A stretch of 64,000 nt of DNA, taken from the human T2T-CHM13v2.0 reference genome, Homo sapiens. Within the stretch, counting starts at the first letter, position 1; each line of letters opens with the position of its first letter. The notes beneath the pieces are model-generated. The model did no database searches, had not been told where the DNA came from, and was given only the letters and a program-made list of their open reading frames with translations. A program made the translations under genes and the position numbers. The DNA is taken from the NCBI RefSeq assembly GCF_009914755.1, contig NC_060930.1; one strand, given 5' to 3'. Shown here piece by piece: positions 1-12,667 of this stretch.

Positions 1-461
1 GAGCTGCGTCCAGTTTATGATTACCTCAATCCACCACCACAATAGGAAACAAGCTAAAAGATTTTTACTTACAGATCTTGGGCAAGGAGGGTGTGATGAT
101 GTGGGTGGGCAGTCCTCTATCCTAAAGTCAGGCAAGGCAGGAATGAAGAGTTGGGCAGAGAGAGGGTGTGTGTGGCAACTAGCAGTGTATATAAGGGAAT
201 AGGCTGTGGGCCCTCCAAGTTCGGGGGCAAATGCCGGAATCAATGGTCCCCTTAAAGGAAGTGGCAGGAAAGGGGGACCCAGTCTAATAGGCAGGAGAGA
301 TGCCTCTAAGTTCTCATCTCTGGCCACCAGCTTGAGCCATGTAGGTGTGGTGTCAGACTGGAAACTGCCAGGGGTCACTGAGCCCTGCTTCTGCAGGAGA
401 AAGTTAAACTTGCATTCAGAATGGATGCTGAGGCAACACAAAATTATAAGAATGCATTATA
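1..461 (-). mobile_element. MER54-type ERVL LTR, cut by the window edge
   Basis: The reverse complement begins TATAATGCATTCTTATAATTTTGTGTTGCCTCAGCATCCATT...CAGAAGCAGGGCTCAGT...GGTGGCCAGAGATGAGAACTTAGAGGCATCTCTC, matching the remembered MER54 5' end. Confidence 0.75.
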
Positions 462-798
462 GGTCTGACCGAACCAGGTGAGCATTCTGAAAGAAACTCT
501 AGGGGTCAGAAAGCTGAAGAAATCAGCTAGCCTGGAAGAAATGAGCTGACCTGAGTTATACAGCTGCGATGTAATGGATTCAGCCAACAACCCTGTGAAC
601 ATGCCCAAGAACCCAGCCTCAGAGGAGCCCCCAGCCCTGGCTAACACTCTTGATTCCAGCCTTGTGAGATCCTGAGCAGAGAACTCACTAAGTCATGCCT
701 GGAAACCTGCCCATAGAAACCACGAGATAAGAAGTGTGTGTTGTTTTCAGCCACTCAATTTGAGATACTTTGTTACATGGAGATGGAAAACGAATACA
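462..798 (+). mobile_element. MLT1 (MLT1E-like) MaLR LTR, 3' part
   Basis: Typical MLT1 3' motifs: CAGCCAACAACC, CAGCCTTGTGAGATCCTGAGCAGAG, GTGTGTTGTTTTCAGCCACT, ending GAATACA. Confidence 0.7.
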
Positions 799-1233
799 CA
801 GGGCATCTGCAGATATTTATGGCATGCCTTGTCTCTGTTTTATCAAAGTGCTGTGTATTTAGTGTGTGAGACATAGATAGCAGCGAATGCTAGTTATGCC
901 CTGCAACCTGTGTTTCCATTCATGTTAAAGTATCATCCTGTATGTGGCATCTTGAACCAAATGAAGATTTTGGGAAGAGGTTTTGCTTTCCCTTTTTTGG
1001 ATGTTGTGGGTCACCAGGCAACTTCATTGATCACGTCAGACATCAGTGGATCAACTGGCACATGCAGCAGTCTTAAGACAGTTCCATAAAAGTTCTGTCA
1101 GCTTTTTACAAAATGTCACTTGTGATAAAATGTTGACAGTTCTTTGTATGTATTAGCTGCACTTTCAGTATTGTTCTGGCTGATAATAATGATGGTTAGC
1201 TTAAAGGAGCACTCTTCAGCATCATGGGTTATG

Positions 1234-1314
1234 CCAACCAACCAACCAACCTTCCTTCCTCCCTCCCTCCCTTTCCTTCCTTCCTTCCTTCCATTTATTT
1301 ATTTATTTATTTAT
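1234..1314. repeat. Compound microsatellite (CCAA)n(CCTT)n(TTTA)n forming the tail of the adjacent Alu monomer
   Basis: Directly visible in the sequence. Confidence 0.9.
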
Positions 1315-1459
1315 AAATAAAAGATTAACTCTTGCTCTGTTTCCAAGGCTGGAGTGCAGTTGTAGCTCACTTCAGCCTTCAACACCTGGTTTCAAGCAGT
1401 CCTCTCGCCCTAGCCTTCTGAGTAACTGGGACTACAGGTGAGAGCCACTGTGCCCAGCT
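1292..1459 (-). mobile_element. Free right Alu monomer (FRAM/AluJ-like)
   Basis: GGCTGGAGTGCAGT...AGCTCACTTCAGCC...GTAACTGGGACTACAGG...CCCAGCT. TSD GGTTATGCCAAC (1227-1238) / GGTTATATCAAC (1460-1471). Confidence 0.8.
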
Positions 1460-2429
1460 GGTTATATCAACTTTTAATGCAACATTTGTCTTCAGCTTGA
1501 TACTTTTCAGTTTGTTGTATTTTCTAGTTTGGACCTGAGATTATTATGGACATGGCTCTCGTGGCTTCTTCTAGATCATCATAGGCAATGTGAAAGGAAC
1601 TAGGGAAGTTATTTGAGTTATTTAGTCCTTAACATTATCTATGTAATCAAAAGTGAGCTTTTGTTTGAGAGGTAGGAAAAAACAAGTAAAAGAAAAAAGA
1701 AGATAGTGGATTAAGGCAGAATATGACTTGCACTAATGGGCAACTAGTCTTATTTGACAGAAAATGGAGTTTAAACACATTTTTCTATCCTGATTCTTAT
1801 GAAGTCTGAGAAGAGCTCTCTTCTAGTTTTAGATATTTTTAGTGTGTTTGCTTGTAGGAGGCAATCACAACTCAATGGAAATAAGTGGTGACGGATGCTT
1901 CAGGAGAGGGATTTGCGTGTAGATTGGCTCTCTGGACCTGCCCCTCTTCCATTGAGAGAGACAAGTTGGGTAGTTTGCACCAATTAGATACACTGATGTG
2001 AAATTTGGAAGGCATTAGTGAAGCAGAGACAATCTTCTTGCCCTCTTTTGGCTGTTTGGATTTTTTTGTATAGAGTGTTCTGCATTTGTGCTCAGGCTTC
2101 TGGGTTACAAGAGGGTGTTGTGATTTTGGCTCTGGTATCAGCTTCCTAGTCCTTTGATGGCAGCTCCTGGAATGTCTTCTTGAGCTTGCAGCTCTAGTGG
2201 TGGCTTCAGAAGAAGGAACTTCCCCTTGAGGGTAGTTCTAAGTTGTTACCAGAGTCATATTTGTAAGTCCAACCTGGAAAGGTTCTTGCAGAACCTCCAG
2301 CAAGTTTTAGGCCCCTCATTCCATGTATTCAGTGCTTTACAGTTTAAAACACCTTGAGTAGCTTGCCCTGAATCCTGAATCTTGATGCGTATGTGTAGTT
2401 TAGCGTATGCACTGAATATTTTTTATTTA

Positions 2430-3467
2430 TGTATCCTCTTTTATTGATCAATCTTGCAAAAGGATTATCCATGTTTTAAGTCTTGTAAAAATCCAGCCTT
2501 TGGTTTTGTTAATTTCTTTTTTTTGTGTGTCTTTGTTTTCTATTTCATCATTTTCTGTTATACTTTCAGTATAAACTGTTTCATTATTTCTGTTTCATCA
2601 TTTTGTGTTCATACTTCTAAATTTTTTAAAGTTTTATTTTGTTGTTATATAACTATTTAAGTTTTATACTTGGTTCATTAACTTTAAGCCATTTAAAAAC
2701 TTTTTTTCTAAAATAAGCACTCAAGCCTATACATTTCTCTTTGAGGATGGTATAGATACAACATGGGAGTTTTGGTTTGTGGTATATTTATTATTGTTTA
2801 GTCCAGAGCATTTTAAAATACCAGTTACGGTTTATTCTTTGAACCAAGAGCTATTTAACAGGGTGTTTTTAACTTTATACATTGGTGGGGGTGTAAAAAT
2901 TCTTTTTCTTTTTGATTTTTAACTTGCACTGGGTCAGAGAATGTAGTTTGTACTATAGTGATTTTTAGAAATGTGTTGAAGTTTTGTTTATGGCCAGAAA
3001 TATTTTTATAAATGTTCATGTGTTCTTGAAAATACTTCTGTAGCTTTAGGAAGCAAATCAGCATAGTTATTTATATTATTAAAATATTCTATATTTTTCA
3101 TATTTTTTATTGCTTGGTCTACCAATTATTTAGAGAGGAATGTTACTGTTTCCCTCTATATTGGTAGATTTGTCAGATTATCTTGAAGTTCTGCCATTTA
3201 AAAGTATATTTTGCAGTTATATTAATAGGTGAGCCTACAAGGTTAAGATTTTAGAAATTTTCATAATAAAAATGATAATAAAATTCATCATTTTATTATA
3301 GCCTAATGGCCCCATTTATGTCTAGTAATACTTATTACTTTAAAGACTATTTCTCCTATTAACACCAATTATTTTATTAGTATTTTCTATGTTTTTTTTA
3401 TTTTCAACTTTTCTAAGTCTTTCTGTCTTAGATATGTTTCCAGTATACTGCATGTGTTTGTATGTAT

Positions 3468-3506
<39 letters not shown>

Positions 3507-4950
3507 TGTATTTTTCTTTCTAGCTATACATATTGTGGACAATATAGATACAATTTCTCAATATATATGTAATTTCTCTGACAATCAATGTCTTTTAACT
3601 CATGAGTTTTTTTGTTCACATTTATTGTGATTATAGATATATCTTATTTATCTTGGCCATTTCATTTTTGTGCTTTATATTTGCTCTGCTTTTTATTAGT
3701 GCTTTTCTTTTTTGTTTATGTTTGGATTGACTGGCCTTTTCTTCCTTTTCCTTCTTTATTGTAATTTTTTCTATACTGATTTGAAGTAATGTATTATCTT
3801 GTAGTGATTTTCCAAAAATCACTAAAATATATTTAACCTAAAGTCTAAATTCAGTTAATATCTTTACTTTCTTCCTAAAGAATAAAAAAAACTTAGAATG
3901 TCTTAATTTCAATAATGATTGTCCCAATTAATATACTATTGTTCTCCAGTGTTTTAGTATTTATTTTCCCTACTTGAGATTTGTTGAGTTTCTTGAATCT
4001 GAAGATTTATGTCTGTCATTAATTTGGAAAAATTCTCAACCATTATCTCTTCAAATATTCTGTCTCATTGTATTATCTCCTTTAGAAACTTCAATTAGAT
4101 ATATGGTAGGCCATCTCACTCTATTACTGTGTTTCTCAATTCCTTGTTAATATTTTTCCTCTTTACATCTCTGCGATACATTCTGGAATATTCCTTCAAA
4201 TTTATTTTTCACTTCACTAATTCTCTCTTCAGAGATGTCTAATTTTCTGTTTTAACCCAACCTTTGCATTCCTAACTTTATTATATTAAATTTATTTTGT
4301 GTGTTTATTTTATTTTCCACCTTTTCCAATTTTAGAAGATATGGTTTTTTCATGATTATTAATTTTGCATCATGAGTTTCGTATCTTCTTTAATTTCTTC
4401 AAACATACTAGATATGTGTATTTTATATATATATATTTTGATAATTCTCAATTCTACTTCTTTGTGGGTTTGCTTGTTTATAGTAGCTTTTATCCTTGTA
4501 TGCATTGCTCGACTTTGAATTGTGAAACATATTACTTGGAAATTAGTGTATAGGAATTCTTTGAGGTCTGGGTTTAAGGTTTTTGTCCTGTGTCTATCGA
4601 GAGAAATACCATGGATCACAGAGCTACATAAGTAGGGTGAATTCTGGCCCCAAACACAGTGAGTACCAGAATGTGGTTAGACGTTCTCAGGGAATTTTCC
4701 TCCCTCCATTCAGAGCCCGTGCTGAAGCAGTCTTTTCATGCTGCCTTCTTCTTGTGGGTGTTGTTTACCGAGGGTCCTGGTGTTCATTGTGTGGTGGTCT
4801 CTGATCTGATTTAATGGCTTACATATACTTGCTCTTCTGTTTTCCCCACTCAGCCCTCAGACATTAGCAGATCGCCCTTGCTTACCTCTTTCTATTCAGG
4901 ATTTGTCATTGTTTTTGGTATGTGAGAATGTTCTTTAAATTTTTGCCAGG
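2430..4950 (-). mobile_element. Old L1M (L1ME-like) LINE fragments, antisense, ORF1 to ORF2 5' region, decayed
   Basis: Very T-rich + strand with L1M antisense motifs such as TTTGGAAAATTCTCAACCATTATCTCTTCAAATAT. No intact ORF. Boundaries approximate. Confidence 0.7.
3453..3510. repeat. (TG)n microsatellite
   Basis: Directly visible in the sequence. Confidence 0.95.
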
Positions 4951-5409
4951 CTAGTTATAAAAATATTTAAAAATGAATATTTTATATATTAGTTTTAATA
5001 GATTTGTATTTGGAAGCTTTTAAGCATATGTCATTGTTTATCTTAATGAAAATGGAAAGTACCAGAGTCCTACTGGAGGTTAGGTTCATCTGATGCAGGT
5101 AATTAGGCTGTAACTTCCCTAGAGCATCTATAATGCAGGACTTCATGATGAAAATAAAAAAGATACATGTAGGAATTTAACTCAAGCTGGAGAATTCCAA
5201 GGTTTCAGTCACTTAAACGGAGTCACAAGAAGAGGTTGTTGTTCTGTTGTTATTTCTGTGGTATCTTCAGGTGTAAGTCTGCCTGGAGAAAATAAAAGTC
5301 ATCATAACAAAAAATAGACACCAATCAATAGAAGAATGACTGGTCTCATGGAAACCTCCTTCCTTCTTTATCATAGTCTTTATTACATCAGACATTGCCA
5401 TGCAAATGC

Positions 5410-5710
5410 CTGCAAAACATTTGCAAAGTGAAATTTTGAGCCTTACAATAGAAGCAGGATTTATGAAATTACTGAAAGTGATGTTGGAGAACTGTTCAAA
5501 TCTTGTGCAAAGCCCTTGAAAAGTGAGTTCCTGGGAAGGCTATACTAGCTAACATGTGAAGAGTAGAAAACTGATAAGGACAGTGATGTGATAAGTTTCA
5601 ACAGATCAAGAGGGATGCTTGGAAGCATTGATGAAATGTGCTGTGATATTTTTGCAAAACTGACCCTCTTTTTGATTGGGCTGAGGAAGCTGGGTATAAA
5701 TGTAAGCTGT
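5410..5710 (+). mobile_element. Tigger/pogo-type DNA transposon relic (transposase C-terminal region)
   Basis: A frameshifted translation gives GF-EITESDVGELFKSCAKPLKSEFL...KTDPLFD, resembling the acidic C-terminus of Tigger/TIGD transposases as I recall it. Confidence 0.45.
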
Positions 5711-6562
5711 CATGCTCAAACACTGCCACCATCCATACTTGATGCATTGTTTGTTTAATAAGAACCTAAAAAGATGTTAAATAGAAACAAAACAAATTTG
5801 TTTTGATTTCTAGTTCAAGATAAAACCTCAGTTGAACAGTTTGATCATTCAACTGTGATATGTTGGTTTCTATTTTAAGCGGATTCACTTGAGGCAGCTT
5901 TTCTTTCTGTACTAACTTAATGATAATTAAGCCTCCTGTATGGCAAATGATCTGTAGCATAAGTCTGGTATAGACTCCCAAGTCCTTTATATGATTGAAG
6001 CTCTTAGGCAGGGCAAGAGTACATACCATGCTGGTCTGGATGCCTCTTTTTTCTTGTGTGGTCCAGATTTAGATGATCCTTTTTGCTGTGATCCGTGCAC
6101 ACCTGCACTTGGAGGGTCACTTTGGTGTATGAGGACCTTTATGACCTTTTAGGGAAAATTCAGTCTACACTGATAAATATTTAATATTTATGCAGAGTAT
6201 AAAATGCTTCCCCAAGGTGTTCTTGAGGCTTCTGCTCCAGTATGGGCTATAAATTGCCCTACCAGTTTCTTTTCCTCTGGAAATGCCATTTTGCCCTGCT
6301 TTGGCTTATAGATCAAATTGGATGCCTTGGCAGTTTCTGCCAAGTCTCTGTATCCAGTCATTGACATGCTGTGGTAATGGAGAATGTTTTCTCTTGTTCA
6401 AAGGTTAATGGACACAATAACTGCTTGTTGGGATTCAGGCTGAGAATGGATTCTCCAAATTGGGTAGAGACCCACTCAGTGTCTTGACCCTTCCTGAGTA
6501 TGTAGCAGAAAGGATATAGCAGTCCTTGGATATCGATATCGGTCTTTTGGTGTCCAGTCTGA

Positions 6563-6798
6563 GGGGCAGATTAACGGTTAAATGTATAAACTCAGGGATC
6601 CGAGAGCCTGCATCTGAATCCCAGTTCTGTCACTTACTAGATGTGTGGCTTAGATATGTGACTTAACCTCTTCGTGTTTTGATTACCTCATCTACAAAAA
6701 GAGCATGATTATTGTTCTTACCTAATAGATTTCTTATGAGGACCAACATGAGCCACTGTTTGGGATATGGTTAGTAAGTGTCAAGTAAGTGTTTGTTA
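6563..6798 (+). mobile_element. MIR SINE
   Basis: TGAATCCCAGTTCTGTCACTTACTAGATGTGTGGC...TGACTTAACCTC...CCTCATCTACAAAA, the MIR core. Confidence 0.75.
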
Positions 6799-6902
6799 AA
6801 ATAAATTATATAAATCACAAAGCTGAGAATTGTGATATTTTACACATCATACTGAGAATTCTGAGATTTCAGACATAAAGTCACATAGAACAGTTGAAAG
6901 GA

Positions 6903-6968
6903 GTGTGTGCGCATGTGCGTGCGTGTGTATGTGTGGGTGTGTGTGCGCACGTGTGTGTATGTGTATGT
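6903..6968. repeat. Mixed (TG/CG/CA)n microsatellite
   Basis: Visible purine-pyrimidine alternation. Confidence 0.9.
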
Positions 6969-7989
6969 TTGAAGATGATTCTGAATTAGAGAGTACTCAG
7001 CAGCATTAAACCCTCCTCAGATGTCAGAGTCCAATATTGGCACATAGAAAGTGAAGGGAATATTTGCTGGGACTAGATGATTCTAAATTATTCACGAAGG
7101 CTTTGCAATCTTGAATCCTTTAATTCCATCACATCTCTAGTACAAAAGGCAAAGCCAATGTTTTCTGGTTATAGATTTTGTAAAATAAAATCCTTCGGCT
7201 GTGCCAGGCTGGTGAAACTATTTTAATATGAGGTGTCAGCTGCTGTATCTATTGCTTCAATTAAAGCCTACCACTGGAGAAAAACCAGGGGAAACCCAAC
7301 TCCATGAAAAAAAAATCATGAACAGAGGCATTTTTAATCTCTGGCTTGCTGTTAAGCTTGTGGGACTGTGCTTTGGGATTTCTATACAAAGACAGAGGCT
7401 CAAGCTGGCAAGTGAATTCTTTCCTAAGTGAAGCAATACCAACTAGTCCTTAGAAGTGAACACTTCACATTTTGGGGGTTTTCTTGCTGGCCCAGCGCCC
7501 TCATTGCCTTTCCGGCTTCTGTGCCTTTTTGCCCCTGCGGCCCTTGCCTACCACCCCTCCCCTCTGTTCTTTTCTCACCTCTCCCGCCCCAGAAGAGACT
7601 ACACCCCTTCGCAAGGCATCTGCCCAGACAAAGGCAAGTCCTTCTCCCCACATGGACTCTTACAGCACCATTTTCCCTACTCTTCATTTGGCATGTGGAA
7701 TGCATTGTTGGGTACAGTCTGTCTCATATTATCAGCTATAATGTGACTTCACAAGGATAAGACTTCTATTTACACTTCATTAAATTTCTACACTTGCAAG
7801 CATAACAGATGCTGAATAAACAGCTACCAAAGGATTTGATTCTGGGACCCTCATTTCCAGTCCTGGCTCTGCCACCAGCTTGCTAAAGTAATTTTTGATG
7901 TATTAGCTACACACACTGTTACTCACACATGCCTTAAGTAATCATAGTCCAAAACAGGTAACAATTACTGAATTCTTCTTACATTTCAG

Positions 7990-8170
7990 TATTCTAAGCA
8001 TTTCACATTTGTCAGCAAATTTAATCCTTACAAAACAGCTATAAAGTAGGTACTGTTTGTCATCATCATTTTATAGATGGGGAAATTGAGGCACTGAATA
8101 GTTGAGTAACTTGCTCAAGAACATAGAACTAGTAGTGACAGTCCCAGAGTTCAGACCTAGGCAGCCTGGC
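7990..8170 (-). mobile_element. MIR SINE
   Basis: CATTTTATAGATGGGGAAATTGAGGCAC...GAGTAACTTGCTCAAG, the antisense MIR core. Confidence 0.8.
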
Positions 8171-8208
8171 GGCTCAATTAGCTGACTCCAGTAACAACAA
8201 TAACCTCC

Positions 8209-8592
8209 CGTGGCAGCTTTTGATGCGTTTACTTGGCGAGGCTACGGTCTAACGACGCAGTCGGCCGCTAGTCTAGGTGTTGCCCTGAAGGGATTTTGCA
8301 GGTGTAATTGAAGTCCATACTTAGTTGACTTTACGGAGGTTATCCTGGGTAATCTGGGTGAGCCTGACTTAGTGGGCCCTTGAAAGCAGGGCTGAGGCTT
8401 TCCCAGAGAGAGGACATTCCACCTGCCGATCCAGCAGCCCTGTCCTCCCCATGGTCTTCGTGTCCTGACCTCCTGTCCTGTGGATTTCAGTGTACTCAGC
8501 CCCCACAGTCCCATGGATGCTTCCTGGTCCTCGATCCTTCCATGTGTGTCTTGTACTGGCTCTGCTGCCTTGCTTGGACCCTGACCAGGACA
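8209..8592 (+). mobile_element. MLT2D-like ERVL solo LTR
   Basis: ACTTGGCGAGGCTA...TCTAGGTGTTGCCCTGAAGGGATTTTGCAG...AGTTGACTTTA...CAGCCCCCACAGTC...ACCCTGACCAGGACA is colinear with the remembered MLT2D consensus. Confidence 0.7.
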
Positions 8593-9541
8593 CACTTTGA
8601 CACCCACCTAGTACTCCAGAGTTTGCCTGGAGCTGTCATAGCCCTCACCCGGGAGCACACTGTTCCCTTTAGGGGCTCTCCGGCGTCCCTCGTGCCTCTC
8701 ATGAAGATCTTCCCTCCCTCCATTCTGTCTGGTGGGTTCAGAAAACTTAGAAAACTATTCTTTCCATTGTAGATAATTCTATCCTTCCCCACAGTGGACT
8801 GGGAACAGCTTGAGGGTGGTGGCCTGTCCATCTCTTGTATCTGCCATCAAAGCCAAGAGTAACGCTGGCTCATGCCAAGTGCTCCATGTTTGCAGATGGG
8901 AAGGATTGAATATCTTGGGCCAAGTTGAAAAAGGTGAACTTCTGGCTTTTATGGGCAGGAATTGCTTTTCTTACTGGGTGCTAATAAGTGCTTTAAATCT
9001 GGGAGACAGCAGAGCTAGAAACATTAGGATTGTGGTAATTCACTAGGGATATTTATTCTAATGATTGACTTTCAAATTTTACCCCTTTAACTGCCATGCT
9101 TAACCTTTATTCTCCCAAGTTAAAATTTACTGCATTTCCCTAGGTTTCATAAGGAATGAGTGACTGTGAGTATGTGTATGTTTTGCCTGGGCACAATCAT
9201 TCGTTGGTGACCTAAACTTGCATGAATAAATGTCCATTCACAGTAATCAGAGGTTATTGTGCATTTACGGAAATAACTGGATCAAAGAGGCCTTTCTCCA
9301 GAATATCGAGGTCCCAGATTAATTGAAATATCATCAGAGTAATGTTTTAATTTTCTCTCTCTGTTCTGTCCTTTTCTCCTTTTGTGAAACAAACAAACAT
9401 GACCTCCTCCAGTTTAGTAATTGTGTTTTCTGAAATAGAGGTGGTAGCATGAGAGTATTCATCAAAAAGCAGTGAGCTCGATCAGACCGAGGCACGATGT
9501 TGAGAATGGTATTTCTTTGATCATGTTCCAGGGCAGAGTGG

Positions 9542-9729
9542 CTTGGTTTTGTGTCCTGGGCTCAGGATACGGAAGGTGTGCCCACTGGGTGGGACTGTGC
9601 TCGTCTGTGTGTGTGTACTCATTGCTGTTCCCTCACTTGGTTTTGTGTCCTGGGCTCAGGATATGGAAGGCGTGCCCACTGTGGGGGACTGTGCTGGTCT
9701 CTGTGTGTGTACTCATTGCCATTCCCTCC
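9542..9729. repeat. Two-copy 94-bp tandem duplication (~90% identical)
   Basis: Units 9542-9635 and 9636-9729 both start CTTGGTTTTGTGTCCTGGGCTCAGGATA. About 9 mismatches and no indels by hand alignment. Confidence 0.95.
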
Positions 9730-11344
9730 AGCATGTGATGATTTTATCAGGGAACTTTACTGTAAATAAACATGATCAAGTGAAGCCTCTGCTTCAGGGT
9801 AAGACAGATGTGGGTACCACACAGTCTTGCTGCAAATGCATATGTCAGCTGTGCCTATTTGAAGAAAATTCATCCCCAGGCAGCATCTGATTTATATGGG
9901 ACATGAACTGTGCATTTCCACATGTGGATGACTCACATGGTCCTTCCAGGGATAAAAGTCTCTTATGAATGTGCTTGAATGGGATTAAGCACAAACTAGT
10001 TTGGAATTTGAGGGAGAAAATGGTGTTGGTGAAGTTCACTTCAGTGGTTTTCTCATAAAAGTAGAAGAAATCAAATACTTTTGATTCTTCTGCCTGCTCT
10101 GAACATTTGTGTGTGCACGTGTGTGCAAGTGTAATAGCCAAAGATGTGATATCTTGATTTTGACTTCAATTCTTGTCATTTTCAAGGCCTAATTCATTTT
10201 CATGTTTCCTAAGGATAACCCACGACTTCTTTCAAAATCATTAGTGAAAGAAATGATCTTCCTTAATGATGTTCTAAAAACAGAGGAGAGGTCAAATAAA
10301 GGCATAAAGGCATTTATAAACATGCGCTCTCCACTCTTGAGCTCACTTTAAAATTTTCTGTTCAAGCTGTTGTATACAAAAATACCCCAGTCTGCTCTGA
10401 GGGCTACCAGTGTTTTAGAGATAATCAGGCTTGGGCTCTCTGAAGCCATGAACACTTTGAGAAAGAAAGAGCTTATTATCTTCCTTCTTGAAATTTGTGG
10501 CACAGAGTGGGAAGACTGACAAAAGTTGGAGCAAAACCCAGTGTGCTTCTCTGTCTTTGCAGGAGAGTACTTCCCAATGTTACCAGTGAGGAAACTGAGG
10601 CCTGAAGAGCTTAAAACTCTTTTTTTACTGTATTGCTAGAGATTAGGACATGATTGTTCCCAGACAGGGCTTTTAGGAAAGAAAGTTCACAGCAATTCAG
10701 GAAGCCCTTAGGAAGCTCCAGATGAAAGGCATTGGGGAGGGAGTGCAGCGTAGAACGTGACTGAAGCTCGGAATGGAGCAGGCTGAAATAATTGAGATGC
10801 TTTTAATTCATAAACAAGGTTAGTCTGGTGTCCATCCAGATATTGGATTTCAAATGGGAAGATTTCAGCTGTAGCCAGAGATGATTTCTCAGGATTTTTA
10901 GTCTCACCTGGGAAAAGCAATAAGGAAGTCGTGTTTAATCAGCAAGTGGTGGGAAGAGCACTGGCTTCGGTTGGCCAGGCCACAGGTGAAAGCCCAGGCC
11001 CATCACTCACCAGCTCTGCAGCTCCCACTTGCCCAGCAGATCTGGCCCTGCTTATGATGATCCTCCGTAGTATGCCACGTAGCAGGCATTTAAATAAGCA
11101 TGGTTGTCCTCTGTTAGGAGATGTGGAAGCCATCTCCATGAACGTGGCACACCTAGTCACTAATAGGTGATTGCTCTGTTCTGATGCACAGTGGCTGTTT
11201 TCATATTTAGATGATTCTGCAGGGAAAACATTAAATTGCTCAGAAGGCTTGAAGGATTTCACTGGAAGAAAAATAATAGTTGAACCTAGTGTAGTGTTAA
11301 TCGGTCCCTTAAAATGAAAAGCTACATTCAATTCCATAAAATAT

Positions 11345-11610
11345 CAATCATATCATTTATTCTACCTATTAAGTGTGTCATGAAGCACTCACAGTTGAGT
11401 GGGGGAGATAGACTCAACAAACAAACAATGTAGTGCATGATTAGTTGGAGCAAGTGACCTCAGAGTTTGGTGGTGGAGGAGGGAGCTGGGAGAGGCTTCA
11501 ATGTTCAGACTACTTTTGAGCTGAGGTTTGAAAGATACATATGGATTTGCCAGGGAGAGGTGGGGAAGGCAGGGGTGTTCAGAGGAGGAATACTTTTCAT
11601 AAATTCAAGA
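11345..11610 (-). mobile_element. L2 LINE 3' fragment
   Basis: CATTTATTCTACCTATTAAGTGTG...TTTTGAGCTGAGGTTTGAAAGAT...GGATTTGCCAGG, typical antisense L2. Confidence 0.5.
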
Positions 11611-12667
11611 GGGGATGGCACTGATTTTGGCTGGCCTTACATATTGGCCCTCCTTACAGATGTGATGACCAGAGCATCAGGTTCTTCTCCTGAGGCTCAA
11701 TAGGTAAGTTAGTGCCCTGTGCTGAGAGCCAGGGTTAAGGATGGAGCGGAGTTCTTTTTTTCTGGTCATAGTGGCACCTCTTAAGTGAAGACGAAACCAT
11801 GGACCAAGAGACCCTGGAAGATCAAGCTCAGGGTGGGTCATGGCTCCCCGTGTAGGGGCACAGGCTGATTGCATAGGCTGGCGGGGCTGAGACAGCCCTC
11901 CTCGAACTCATCAAGCCATGTGCCTTGCCCACGGCTGTGCCCAGCTGGAGAACGGGGCCAGGCCCAGGCAGTTCTTGGTGAGGGACCCTCAGGAGAGCAG
12001 AGTCCTGTTGGGTCTTCTCTCAACAGCTCCCAAGTGGAAGGTCTGTGTGTGGCAACCCCGTGACTCCAGGTTGGCTTGGAGTTAGGCCCACCTGACCATT
12101 CAGCAGCAGCGGTGTTCACATCAGGCCACAGTCCTGGGGTTTGTGGAAGGACTTGTGCCAAACTAAGTCAGGGGACCACTTCACATCCTTCTGCTGCTGG
12201 GATGTAATGAATATATCATTTGCCTTTTATGGAGCGACAGTTTTCACATCACAATTTACTTTTTCTCTTTTCACCTGTCTTTATGGAATAATCTTTAGAA
12301 AAGAAAATCTGCTAAAAATAGGCTCTGAAAGCATCAGTAATGTCTGCTTCAAAATTCAGTATTAATATTTCTAGGCAGAATGAAAACAAATTTAACTTGT
12401 CATCTAATTTATTAAAGATAAAACCCTCAGAATGTACTTGACACCTTAATTCAACACGGATGTTATAGATTGGATCTTTTAAAACCACGCAACCATATGC
12501 ATGTTTGTTTATGTGTGGACGCACACATATCTCAGATGAACCCCTTCTCTTGGTAACAGGGAGCAGGCTGGCAAATCCTTCCTTTCCACTGTTTCCAGCT
12601 GAGTTTGGAGAAGGGTGATGCAACTGTTGTTGTCCTCTTGTGTGCTATTACAGCACCCATGCATCTT

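Noticed and set aside
800-2300. Possible ancient L4/RTE-type LINE remnant
   Set aside because: The texture is suggestive, but I could not recover a diagnostic EN or RT motif. It needs a Dfam search.
9542-9729. CRISPR-like reading of the direct repeat
   Set aside because: There are only two adjacent units, no spacers and no cas genes, and the context is eukaryotic.
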